DNA of 57,283 nucleotides, filler included, from a bacterium (GTDB lineage: Bacteria; UBA9089; CG2-30-40-21; SBAY01), in assembly GCA_040757115.1 (NCBI GenBank). It is 3 parts of 3 records of this genome, joined end to end, with 100 filler letters (N's around TTAATTAATTAA, not from the genome) between each part and the next. Parts side by side here need not be neighbours in the genome. Positions count along the whole stretch, not along the records: positions 38,354 to 57,283 come from JBFLYA010000062.1; 2 more parts are not named here. One strand, given 5' to 3'. The translations under genes were made by a program, and so were the position numbers. Below the pieces are notes generated by a model. It did no database searches. It was not told where the DNA came from and saw only the letters and a list, made by a program, of their open reading frames with translations. This document shows, piece by piece, positions 46,587 through 57,283 of this stretch. Each line of letters begins with the position of its first letter. Position 1 is the stretch's first letter.

Positions 46587-47423
46587 ATGGAGATAATCAA
46601 AGTAAAAGATGCCGGATTTTGTTTTGGGGTAAAAAGGGCAATAGATTTAGCTCTGGAAGCGGCTAAAAACGAAAAAAATCATGTCTATACATTAGGTCCG
46701 CTGATTCATAATCCCCAGGTGTGTGAAGAATTAAGGAAACAAGGGATAATTGAGGCTAAATCATTAGATGAGATAAAATCAGGCGTGGTTATCCTTCGTT
46801 CTCACGGCGTCCCACCTAAATTATACCAGGAAATATCCAATGCCGGGCTTAAAATAGTGGATGCGGTTTGCCCGAGTGTGAAAAAAGTCCAGGAAATAGT
46901 GCTTAAGCTAAAAGAAGAAGGTTATAAGGTAGTTGTTGTTGGAGAAAAAAATCATCCAGAGGTAATGAGTATCGTTGGAACTTTAGAAGGTGAAACGATT
47001 GTTGTCGAAAACCCTCAAGAGGCAAAAAAACTTAAAATAAGGCGTAAAATAGGCGTTATTGCCCAAACAACACAAACTATTGGTAATTTTAAAAAGGTAG
47101 TTGAAATACTTTTAGATAAGTCCAGGGAATTAAAGATAAATAATACCATTTGTAAGGCAGTAGAAAATATTCAGAAAAGCTCCTTGAATGTGGCAAAACA
47201 AGTAGATTTAATGTTAGTTGTTGGCGGTAAAAATAGCGCCAATACAACTCGCCTTTTCCAACTGTGTAAAAATAAGACAAAATTCGCCTATCACATTGAA
47301 ACACCAGATGAAATAGCCCCGAAATGGTTAAAAGGGATAGAAAAAATTGGTGTTACAGGCGGCACATCTACCGCCAATTGGCTTATTGACCAGGTAATAG
47401 AGAGATTAAAGTATATGGAGTAG
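46587..47423 (+). CDS. ispH: 4-hydroxy-3-methylbut-2-enyl diphosphate reductase
   Basis: AGFCFGVKRA, IHNPQV, RSHG, DAVCP, HPEV, QTT, NTIC, VGGKNSANT; ATG 46587. Confidence 0.95.
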   Translation: MEIIKVKDAGFCFGVKRAIDLALEAAKNEKNHVYTLGPLIHNPQVCEELRKQGIIEAKSLDEIKSGVVILRSHGVPPKLYQEISNAGLKIVDAVCPSVKKVQEIVLKLKEEGYKVVVVGEKNHPEVMSIVGTLEGETIVVENPQEAKKLKIRRKIGVIAQTTQTIGNFKKVVEILLDKSRELKINNTICKAVENIQKSSLNVAKQVDLMLVVGGKNSANTTRLFQLCKNKTKFAYHIETPDEIAPKWLKGIEKIGVTGGTSTANWLIDQVIERLKYME

Positions 47424-47438
47424 TTCACTTCTATTAGA

Positions 47439-47756
47439 TTCTCCTGAAAATATGGAAGTAGAAAGTAGAGAGTAGAGAGTAGAAAGTAAAGAAAACATCA
47501 CTCCTCACACTTATCTTCCCATCTCCCACCTTCTATCTCCTACCACTATTTTCATTCTCATTTGTGAACCAACGGTTCATGACCGTTCTCCTGAAAATAA
47601 TCCGCAGATTTCGCAGAGGACACAGATTTTTATTTTTTTATCTCCCCGCTGGCGGGAGATTGAGAGGTTAGGGGATTCTTTTATTCCCGAATCCCGAGCC
47701 CCTTAATTTTCATCGTCATTTGTGAGTCGTAGACTCATGAGCGTTCTCCTAAAAAT
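47439..47756 (-). repeat. Mini-array: two 51-bp structured sites and a terminal half-site separated by unrelated ~100-bp cargos
   Basis: Sites 47706-47756 (stem AGTC-TAC-GACT) and 47548-47598 (AACC-GTT-GGTT); half-site 47439-47451. Confidence 0.8.
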
Positions 47757-47774
47757 CAGGCTCTCATTTCTTTC

Positions 47775-48650
47775 TCAATATCCAAGTTCCTTTAGCATCC
47801 CCAGATTATCCTTCCATTTCTTTTTTGGTTTAATCCAGAGTTGAAGAAATACCCCCCGGTTAAGAAATACCTCTATTTCTTTTCGAGCTCGCTCCCCTAC
47901 CTTTTTTAACTTCTCACCCTTTTTGCCAATTAAAATTATCTTCTGTGATGCTCTTTCTACATAAATTACAGCCCGGATGTAATCTTTTTTTCCTTCTCTT
48001 TCTTTAAACTCCTCAATAACAACCGTTGTTGAATAAGGAATTTCCTGTCCATATTCCTCAAATATCTTTTCCCGAATTATCTCACTCACAAAAAATTTCT
48101 CAGGTTGGTCGGTTAAAATGTCTGTTGGGTAATAAGGTGGGTTTTTAGGTAGATATTTCATAATACACTCAAGTAACTCTCCAGTTCCGTCTTTTTTAAT
48201 CGCAGAAATAGGCATTATCTCTTTAAAATCATAAACTTTTTGCACAGAGTCAATTAGTGGCAAAAGCGACTCTTTTGAAACTAAATCAATTTTATTGATA
48301 ACCAGAATTGTGTCTTTTTTATAATCAAGGAATTCAAGTTCAGGTTGCTCCTGGGGTTCTATCATAAGTATAACTAAATCAGCATCTTGTAAGGCTAAAT
48401 GTAGGGTTTTGTTCATTAATTCGTGGAGTTTATACTTAGGTTCTAATATCAACCCAGGTGTATCCAAAAATATAATCTGGTAGTTTTTATCATTGAGAAT
48501 ACCCAGTATTTTATGTCTTGTGGTTTGAGGTTTTGGGGTAACCGCAGACAACTTTTCGCCTAAAAATAGGTTAAGCAAGGTTGATTTTCCAACATTAGGT
48601 TTTCCAACAATAGATACATAGCCACAATGGAATACATTTTTTTCTTTCAT
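47775..48650 (-). CDS. era: GTPase Era
   Basis: GKPNVGKST, KPQTTR, DTPG, NKID, EIIREK, KH domain IGKKG. Confidence 0.96.
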   Translation of the reverse strand: MKEKNVFHCGYVSIVGKPNVGKSTLLNLFLGEKLSAVTPKPQTTRHKILGILNDKNYQIIFLDTPGLILEPKYKLHELMNKTLHLALQDADLVILMIEPQEQPELEFLDYKKDTILVINKIDLVSKESLLPLIDSVQKVYDFKEIMPISAIKKDGTGELLECIMKYLPKNPPYYPTDILTDQPEKFFVSEIIREKIFEEYGQEIPYSTTVVIEEFKEREGKKDYIRAVIYVERASQKIILIGKKGEKLKKVGERARKEIEVFLNRGVFLQLWIKPKKKWKDNLGMLKELGY

Positions 48651-48676
48651 ATCAATGTTATATCCGCTAAATTCTT

Positions 48677-48948
48677 GTAGCCGTTCACCGCAGAGACAAA
48701 AGAGTTCGCAGAGAAAAACACACCCCTACCCTCTCTCAAGAGGGGAAAATCTATTCACCAGAGACAGAAATTTCCTTTTTTTGTGCATTTTGGGTCTTTC
48801 GTTGTTTATTAATCTTTTAATACTTACTTTTGACTAACTGTTTTTAAGTCTTTTTAAACACCGAAAAACGCGAAAAACACGAAAAAAAAGATATTTTCCT
48901 CTCTGTGAACTCTTGCGTCTCTGCGGTAAAAGATTACCTCAACGGTCA
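48677..48948. mobile_element. Degenerate GTAAC-family MITE
   Basis: GTAGCCGTTCACC...CCTCAACGGTCA ends; internal CCGCAGAGAC/GTCTCTGCGG arms. Confidence 0.55.
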
Positions 48949-49141
48949 TCCTGAAACTTATTATATCGTAAAACATCCCGTGTGTCAACTAAAAAATATC
49001 CCTTACCATAACCACTTCAACCTGATTACGGACACGGAAAACGGACACGATTTACGAATTTTCAGTGTTTTCATCCGTGTCCATCTGTGGCTGAATAGTT
49101 ACATTTTTTTCTATTTTCTAACGCTGGAATAAAATTATTTA

Positions 49142-49170
49142 TTGACATAAAAAGAAAAATATTGTAATAT
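49142..49170 (+). promoter_or_regulatory. Promoter of the tRNA-rplU operon
   Basis: TTGACA-N17-TAATAT. Confidence 0.65.
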
Positions 49171-49193
49171 ATTATAGAAGTAGAGAGATAAAT

Positions 49194-49270
49194 GCGCCCG
49201 TAGCTCAGATGGACAGAGCGGTGGACTTCGAATCCAAAGGTCGGAGGTTCGACTCCTCTCGGGCGTGCCA
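49194..49270 (+). tRNA. tRNA-Arg(TCG)
   Basis: Cloverleaf, loop CTTCGAA, GGTTCGACTCC, CCA end. Confidence 0.93.
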
Positions 49271-49273
49271 GAA

Positions 49274-49346
49274 GCGCCTGTAGCTCAGATGGATAGAGCG
49301 TCGGACTCCGGATCCGAGTGGGGAGGTTCGAGTCCTCTCAGGCGCA
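49274..49346 (+). tRNA. tRNA-Arg(CCG)
   Basis: TCGGA-CTCCGGA-TCCGA arm, GGTTCGAGTCC; followed by CTA rather than CCA. Confidence 0.88.
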
Positions 49347-49417
49347 CTAAATTCGGTAACTGGCAAATGATGAGTGGTGATTAGTTACCAATTACCATTT
49401 ACTAATTACCAATCATT

Positions 49418-49494
49418 GGGTCGTTAGCTCAATCAGGCAGAGCAGGGGCCTCTTAAGCCCAAGGTTATAGGTTCGATTCCTATACGGCCCACCA
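49418..49494 (+). tRNA. tRNA-Lys(CTT)
   Basis: Loop CTCTTAA, GGTTCGATTCC, ACCA end. Confidence 0.92.
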
Positions 49495-49586
49495 ACTGGT
49501 AACTGGTAACTGGTAATTGGTAACTGGTGATTGGTAACTAATTACCATTCACCACTTACCATTTACCAAAAATAAGGAGGTTTTTA

Positions 49587-49898
49587 ATGTACGCTATTGT
49601 TGAAACAGGTGGAAAACAATATAAGGTAAAGGAAGGAACTACTATTACTGTAGAAAAGATTGAGAGCCCAATAGGTGAAGAAGTAACATTAGAAAGGGTC
49701 TTAATGATTTCTAATGGTGATGATGTGATAGTGGGGAATCCTGTAGTAGATTGTGCCAGGGTTATTACACAGGTAGTAGCTCAGACAAGAGGCGAAAAAA
49801 TTACAATTATGAAGTTTAGACGACGAAAACATTATAGACGGAAAATGGGGCATCGGCAAGATTATACACAATTACTGATTAAAACTATTGAAAGATAA
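49587..49898 (+). CDS. rplU: 50S ribosomal protein L21
   Basis: MYAIVETGGKQYKV..GHRQ.YT. Confidence 0.97.
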   Translation: MYAIVETGGKQYKVKEGTTITVEKIESPIGEEVTLERVLMISNGDDVIVGNPVVDCARVITQVVAQTRGEKITIMKFRRRKHYRRKMGHRQDYTQLLIKTIER

Positions 49899-49933
49899 AG
49901 TTAAGACAATTTTTTTAGATGAGGTTAGAAAAA

Positions 49934-50886
49934 ATGGCAGAAGATTATTTTAAAGAAATAAAACAAATGTTAAAAGAAATTGCTCAAGGTCATAAAGAGT
50001 TTGAGGAAGAACAAAGAAAGACAGATGAAAAAATCCGTAAGGTAGGTGAAGAAATCGAAATATCTTCGAAAAAGACAGATGAAAAAATCCGTAAGGTAGG
50101 TGAAGAAATCGAAAGACTTACGAAAAGAACAGATGCGGAAATCCGTAAGACAGGTCAGGAAATTGAAAGACTTATGAAAAGAACAGATGCGGAAATCCGT
50201 AAGGTTAATAAATCAGTAGCAGGAATAAGTGATGGTTTTGGTAGAATGACTGAAGGATTCGCACTTGCTTCTATAGAAGAAGTATTCAAGAAACTTGGAA
50301 TANNNNNNNNNNNNNNNNNNNNNNNNNNNNNNNNNNNNNNNNNNNNNNNNNNNNNNNNNNNNNNNNNNNNNNNNNNNNNNNNNNNNNNNNNNNNNNNNNN
50401 NNGAAAAGAACAGATGCGGAAATCCGTAAGGTTAATAAATCAGTAGCAGGAATAAGTGATGGTTTTGGTAGAATGACTGAAGGATTCGCACTTGCTTCTA
50501 TAGAAGAAGTATTCAAGAAACTTGGAATACATATTAATAAGACCCTTCCAAGAGTCAGAAGTAGAAGAAATGGTGACCATCTGGAAATAGACTTACTTAA
50601 TGTAGCTAAAAGTGATAAGAAAGAGATGGTTATTATTGTAGAAGTGAAGAGTTATCTCCGAACCGAGGATGTCAATGATTTTTTAAATGATATATCAAAG
50701 TTTTATGATTTTTTTGAAGAGTATAGAGATAAAGAGATAATAGGTGTGATTGCCTTTATGAATTATGCAACAGGGGCAAAGGAATATGCAGAAAAAAGAG
50801 GATTCTATCTCCTATTTTGTTCAGAGGATTTAATGAAAATGGTAAATAAAAAAGGTTTTACACCACAGGTGTGGAGTTACAATTAA
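49934..50886 (+). CDS. Coiled-coil repeat protein with PD-(D/E)xK-like C-terminus (DUF3782-like), split by an assembly gap
   Basis: 18-aa repeats KTDEKIRKVGEEIE, G..G.M.E, EIDLL..IVEVKS; 50176-50302 is repeated at 50403-50529 across the gap. Confidence 0.75.
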
Positions 50887-50892
50887 AGTATA

Positions 50893-51225
50893 ATGGTAAT
50901 AGTAACTGTTACTCGCAATCCAGAGGGAAAAATTGTAGGATTTAGTGGAACAGGACATGCAGATTTTGCTAAAGCAGGTGAAGATATAGTATGTGCGGCA
51001 GTATCTGCCCTCCTGCAAAGCACAATTAAAGGACTACAAGAATATGTAGGCATAAATTTAGAAATAAGTAAAGAAAAGGGCTCCCTTGAAGTCAGGATAA
51101 AAAAAATAGAGCAAAAGTTTCTTCAATTGCCAACAGATGCTATCTTAGAAACTCTTGTATTAGGATTAAAAGCAATTGAAAAAGAGTATAGAAAGTATAT
51201 GAAATTGATAGAAAGGAGAAAATAA
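50893..51225 (+). CDS. prp: Ribosomal-processing cysteine protease Prp (YsxB/DUF464)
   Basis: GHA..G.DIVCAAVS motif; located between rplU and rpmA. Confidence 0.92.
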   Translation: MVIVTVTRNPEGKIVGFSGTGHADFAKAGEDIVCAAVSALLQSTIKGLQEYVGINLEISKEKGSLEVRIKKIEQKFLQLPTDAILETLVLGLKAIEKEYRKYMKLIERRK

Positions 51226-51227
51226 AA

Positions 51228-51608
51228 ATGAATGAAACCTTAATGATACAATTATTGATAACTCTATTAATAATTGGGACTATCCTTAATTTCTTATTAC
51301 CTTTATCCGTGGCTTATTTAGCCAGTGTAGTAAAAAGAAGATTTGGGAAAGACTATACGGATAAATATACCGAAGCCGCAGAAATAGGTGTGATGGGTTC
51401 TGAACAGTATTTTTCTACTTCAACCAGTGAGGTTACCCATAAAGATAAAAAAGATTTAGCGGTGGATATAGCTAAAAAGATATTAGCCAAAGATGGTATT
51501 ATAATTAAATCACGAGAAGATGAGGATTTACTCTCAGATGTTGTTGAATCCGTTGTTTTTATGCTAAATGGTAATAAGGAAACAAAAGAACAAGGAAATG
51601 AGTCCTAA
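51228..51608 (+). CDS. Membrane protein resembling LL-H-family phage holins
   Basis: One N-terminal TM, then AAE..V..EQ..KK..A..IL..GI..VE..V..LN spacing. Confidence 0.5.
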   Translation: MNETLMIQLLITLLIIGTILNFLLPLSVAYLASVVKRRFGKDYTDKYTEAAEIGVMGSEQYFSTSTSEVTHKDKKDLAVDIAKKILAKDGIIIKSREDEDLLSDVVESVVFMLNGNKETKEQGNES

Positions 51609-51643
51609 CTTATTTCCCTGTTAACTATTGCAGGAGGTATGAA

Positions 51644-51895
51644 ATGGCACATAAAAAAGGAATGGGGAGTTGTAAAAATGGCCGTGATAGTGCGGGAAGA
51701 AGATTAGGTGTAAAACGCTCTACCGGTGAATTTGTTAATGGCGGAACAATTATTGTCAGACAACGCGGCACAAAATTCCTTCCAGGACGAAATGTAGGTC
51801 GCGGTGGAGATGATACTTTATTTGCTAAAACAACCGGGCAGGTAAAATTCCATTCGCAAAATGGTAAAAAATTAGTCAGTATTATTCCCTCGTAG
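51644..51895 (+). CDS. rpmA: 50S ribosomal protein L27
   Basis: [28 protein letters not shown]. Confidence 0.97.
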   Translation: MAHKKGMGSCKNGRDSAGRRLGVKRSTGEFVNGGTIIVRQRGTKFLPGRNVGRGGDDTLFAKTTGQVKFHSQNGKKLVSIIPS

Positions 51896-51905
51896 GAGGA
51901 AAAGA

Positions 51906-54067
<2,162 letters not shown>

Positions 54068-54068
54068 G

Positions 54069-55115
54069 TTAACCCGTCCTGTTAAATCCTATCCCTTTTA
54101 TCTTCAGGTGATTTTCTTTGATTGCAGTTTTTGCTCCAATGATTTCTTTGACTAACCAGAGATTTGACTCGATATGGTCGGTCATTCGTGGGATTATATA
54201 TTCAGAAGTGCCATCTGCCAGGCTGGCGTAGATTATTAATTGGTCGGCTAAGAATCTATCCACGGTTGCCTTTGTATTGAGGTCTTCAAGTAATGTTTTC
54301 GCTACATATCTACCGATTTTTTCAGAACTTCTACCTATTTTACCCGCCATATCTGCTCCAATGAAGCAGTCAGTATTGGTTTTAGCACAAACAAAAAGAT
54401 TCGCCCCTTTTTGCAATGAGGTTTCATCATCAAGTATCTCAAATTTCGTCTCATAGCCGCTTTGTTTTAAAATCTGCTGGCAGGTTTCTGCCATCCGCTC
54501 ACTTACCCGACCACTTTTAAGATGAGAAGATAAAGATATACCTCTAATTTCAGTAATTTCATTCTGCTCAAGTAAAACGATAGGTTTAAGTTTATGTGGT
54601 GTCGGGTTCACCTCTAATTCAATAATTCCTCCACCTTCTGGCACATATCCTGGTCGAATTAATCGCAAATGAGCCTCAATACCCATTTTTCTAATGGTCG
54701 GGAATAAAACCCGTTCCATATGGAAGGCACTGGGTGCAAAATCCTGAAATAAACCACCAGAAATTCTGAATGTAGATGGTGTTTTACCAAAACAGACAAC
54801 AGGTAAAATCGTCATCGCCAGCATTGTTGTTGAACCTGCGGTGCCAATATCCCATTGATATTGACCTGGCTTTATATTTTTGCCTGGTTTAAATGTTAAT
54901 ATTTGCGAGCCAACCTCTGCATGTTCTAATTCACCACCAACTAATTCTTTACAGGCAAATACAGATTTTAGATGTTGATGTCTAAGACCTGGTTTTTCTC
55001 TTTTTGCCCGGATATTTTTTATCTGTAATTCCTTACCCAGCAAGGCACAAAGCCCAACACAATACCTGAGAATAGTCCCACTACCCGAATATTTAGAACC
55101 ATCTATTTCTATCAT
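54069..55115 (-). CDS. rtcA: RNA 3'-terminal phosphate cyclase
   Basis: IEIDGS..G..LR, IRA.R..PGL..QH, TAGS, RPGY.PEGGG, LADQL, H..SN. Confidence 0.92.
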   Translation of the reverse strand: MIEIDGSKYSGSGTILRYCVGLCALLGKELQIKNIRAKREKPGLRHQHLKSVFACKELVGGELEHAEVGSQILTFKPGKNIKPGQYQWDIGTAGSTTMLAMTILPVVCFGKTPSTFRISGGLFQDFAPSAFHMERVLFPTIRKMGIEAHLRLIRPGYVPEGGGIIELEVNPTPHKLKPIVLLEQNEITEIRGISLSSHLKSGRVSERMAETCQQILKQSGYETKFEILDDETSLQKGANLFVCAKTNTDCFIGADMAGKIGRSSEKIGRYVAKTLLEDLNTKATVDRFLADQLIIYASLADGTSEYIIPRMTDHIESNLWLVKEIIGAKTAIKENHLKIKGIGFNRTG

Positions 55116-55327
55116 CCCTTGTCAGCACCTCTTTTATACCCAAATAAATTGAGTTTGCAAATATTTTGCTCTAAAAAGGAATCAAGGATTCGAGGGGTCA
55201 AGGATTCAAGGGAGGTGAAAAATAAGGTGTTCACTCGACCCCTGGGGAGTATTGGGGGGCAAACCTTGAATATTGAATTTATAGTAGTTATTAACGAAAA
55301 TTTCTTATAGAACAGATATAGCAACAG

Positions 55328-55390
55328 GGTTGATGGTTTATAGTTGATAGTTTATAGTTGATAGTTTCATAGACTATCAACCATCAACAA
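55328..55390. repeat. Heptamer palindrome (GTTGATA/GTTTATA)n
   Basis: Tandem units followed by ACTATCAACCATCAAC. Confidence 0.7.
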
Positions 55391-55486
55391 TACTAATGTG
55401 AACTTTTGGTTAATACTTACTATATTACTTCTCTTTTTGTCAAGTGAATTCTATAATCAAGGTTTGGCCCCAATCCCATTCCTTTT

Positions 55487-57163
55487 CTACGCCAGGCTGT
55501 CAATCATTTGGGTTAAAGCCGCGCCGGCGGGTACCATTGGAAAAACATTTTCTTCCTCTACGATTCGAAAATCAATCAAAACAGGTTTTGGCGAGGCAAT
55601 TGCCTGTTCCAATGCCGGACAAACATCCTTTTCTTCGGTGACGCGGAGACCTTCGGCACCATAAGCCTCGGCTAATTTAACAAAATCAGGCGATATGGCT
55701 AAAGATGTCTGGGCATATCTTTTATTGTAGAAAAGTTCCTGCCATTGTCTCACCATCCCTAAATATTGATTATTCAGAATAGCCACATTTACGGGTAATT
55801 TATACTGAACAGCTGTGGCTAATTCCTGAATGTTCATTTGGATACTGCCATCACCGGCGATATCGAAGACGATTTTATCAGGATTGCCAACCTGGGCACC
55901 AATAGCCGCTGGAAAACCATAACCCATTGTTCCCAATCCACCTGAAGACAGGAAATGTCGTGGATAATCGCATTTATAATATTGAGCCGCCCACATCTGA
56001 TTTTGCCCAACCTCAGTCGTGATAATTGCCTTACCGTTGGTAATTTTACAAATCTCTTCAATTATAAACTGTGGTCTTAATTTTGAATCACCTTTTTTAT
56101 AAACAAGTGGATGTTTTTCCTTCCATTTATTTATTTGTTTAAGCCAGGGTTCAATTGTGGGTGGTTGGACTATCTTATTTAATTCCTTTAAAACACACCT
56201 GACATCACCAACTATCGGGAGATGAGCAGGAATATTTTTGCTAATAGATGCCGGGTCAATATCAATATGAATGATGGTGGCATTTGGTGCAAATTCATCT
56301 AATTTGCCAGTGATGCGGTCATCAAATCGAGCACCAATAGCAATAATTAAATCTGTCTCCACCATTGCAAAATTGGCATATTTAGTTCCATGCATACCTA
56401 ACATACCCAGAAATAAAGGATGAGTTCCTGGAAACCCACCTATACCCATTAATGTCGTGGTAACCGGGATAGAAGTTTTTTCGGCTAATTCGAGGAGTTC
56501 CTTATCGGCACCTGAGCTAATTATACCACCACCCGCATAGATGACTGGTTTTTTCGCCTTTTCAATCAATTCAGCGGCTTTCTTAATTTGTCCCGGATGT
56601 CCTGGATAGGTTGGGTTGTAACCACGAATTTCAATCTTTTCGAGATGTTTATATTCTGATGTTGCCGTGCTGACATCCTTTGGTAAATCTATCAGGACTG
56701 GCCCTGGTCTACCTGTTGAGGCAATAAGAAAAGCCTCTTTGACAATTCGGGCTAATTCAGATGTTTTTTTAACTAAATAATTATGTTTGGTAATCGGTCG
56801 AGTAATCCCAACAATATCTGCTTCTTGAAAGGCATCATTACCTATCATCGGTGTTGGGACCTGTCCAGTTAAAGCAACTATGGGAATAGAATCCATATAT
56901 GAGGTCGCAATACCAGTAACTAAATTAGTCGCACCAGGCCCTGAAGTGGCAAGGCAAACACCGACTTTGCCAGTTGAACGGGCATATCCGTCAGCCGCAT
57001 GTGCCGCTCCTTGTTCATGTCTGACCATAATAAATTTAATCGGGGCATCAAAGAGAACATCAAAAATAGGCAAAACTGCCCCACCTTGATACCCAAATAT
57101 GACCTCGACACCTTCTTTAATTAATGATTCAATTAAAATTTGAGCTCCGCTTAATTTATTCAT
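55487..57163 (-). CDS. ilvB: Acetolactate synthase large subunit
   Basis: [50 protein letters not shown]. Confidence 0.96.
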   Translation of the reverse strand: MNKLSGAQILIESLIKEGVEVIFGYQGGAVLPIFDVLFDAPIKFIMVRHEQGAAHAADGYARSTGKVGVCLATSGPGATNLVTGIATSYMDSIPIVALTGQVPTPMIGNDAFQEADIVGITRPITKHNYLVKKTSELARIVKEAFLIASTGRPGPVLIDLPKDVSTATSEYKHLEKIEIRGYNPTYPGHPGQIKKAAELIEKAKKPVIYAGGGIISSGADKELLELAEKTSIPVTTTLMGIGGFPGTHPLFLGMLGMHGTKYANFAMVETDLIIAIGARFDDRITGKLDEFAPNATIIHIDIDPASISKNIPAHLPIVGDVRCVLKELNKIVQPPTIEPWLKQINKWKEKHPLVYKKGDSKLRPQFIIEEICKITNGKAIITTEVGQNQMWAAQYYKCDYPRHFLSSGGLGTMGYGFPAAIGAQVGNPDKIVFDIAGDGSIQMNIQELATAVQYKLPVNVAILNNQYLGMVRQWQELFYNKRYAQTSLAISPDFVKLAEAYGAEGLRVTEEKDVCPALEQAIASPKPVLIDFRIVEEENVFPMVPAGAALTQMIDSLA

Positions 57164-57283
57164 ATTCTATATCACCTACCTTGTAATACCTCAGTTATTT
57201 GGGGGAATGAACATTAACCTGCGGAGGACAGAGCAATGAAAATAGTAGGCAAGTAGGTAGTAGGTAAGTAGGAAAGGGATAAA

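Noticed and set aside
47439-47756. CRISPR array
   Set aside because: Repeats are 51 bp with variable centres, spacers are about 100 bp of repetitive DNA, and no cas genes are present.
50176-50529. Tandem gene duplication or two separate genes
   Set aside because: An exact 127-bp overlap either side of a 100-N gap indicates a scaffolding artefact.

Overview
Draft-assembly window from an anaerobic, diderm (TonB-receptor-encoding) bacterium. Two N-gaps contain an artificial TTAATTAATTAA linker (19089-19188, 38254-38353), so at least three pieces are joined and adjacency across them is unsupported; a third gap (50303-50402) is flanked by a 127-bp duplication. Piece 1 holds a GH13 amylase, a minus-strand merR-merR-rrf2-hdrA-mvhD-pocR-hdrD-like redox cluster and a divergent Fur-box-controlled Fe-S/orange-protein-like operon with an embedded atypical tRNA-Cys and an antisense TA pair. 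Piece 2 is a cobalamin island: cbiX-cbiC fusion, ABC systems, btuFCD-like genes, cobN, a frame-split chlI/chlD, a TonB receptor, DUF2162-ExbB-DUF2149, two identical B12 riboswitches and several gene scars. Piece 3 has a lipoprotein/variable-module region followed by housekeeping genes (cmk-plsC, ispH, era, 3 tRNAs, rplU, prp, rpmA, obgE, proB, rtcA, ilvB). The intergenic DNA is dense with non-autonomous elements. The most notable signals are a family of 51-52 bp sites with a covarying central hairpin whose ends coincide with Shine-Dalgarno motifs, a complete integron-type cassette inside a terminator, hairpin cassettes with internally deleted four-helix-bundle/GxxExxY genes, and several MITE families with TSDs. 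All family assignments come from motif recognition by eye, not database searches.
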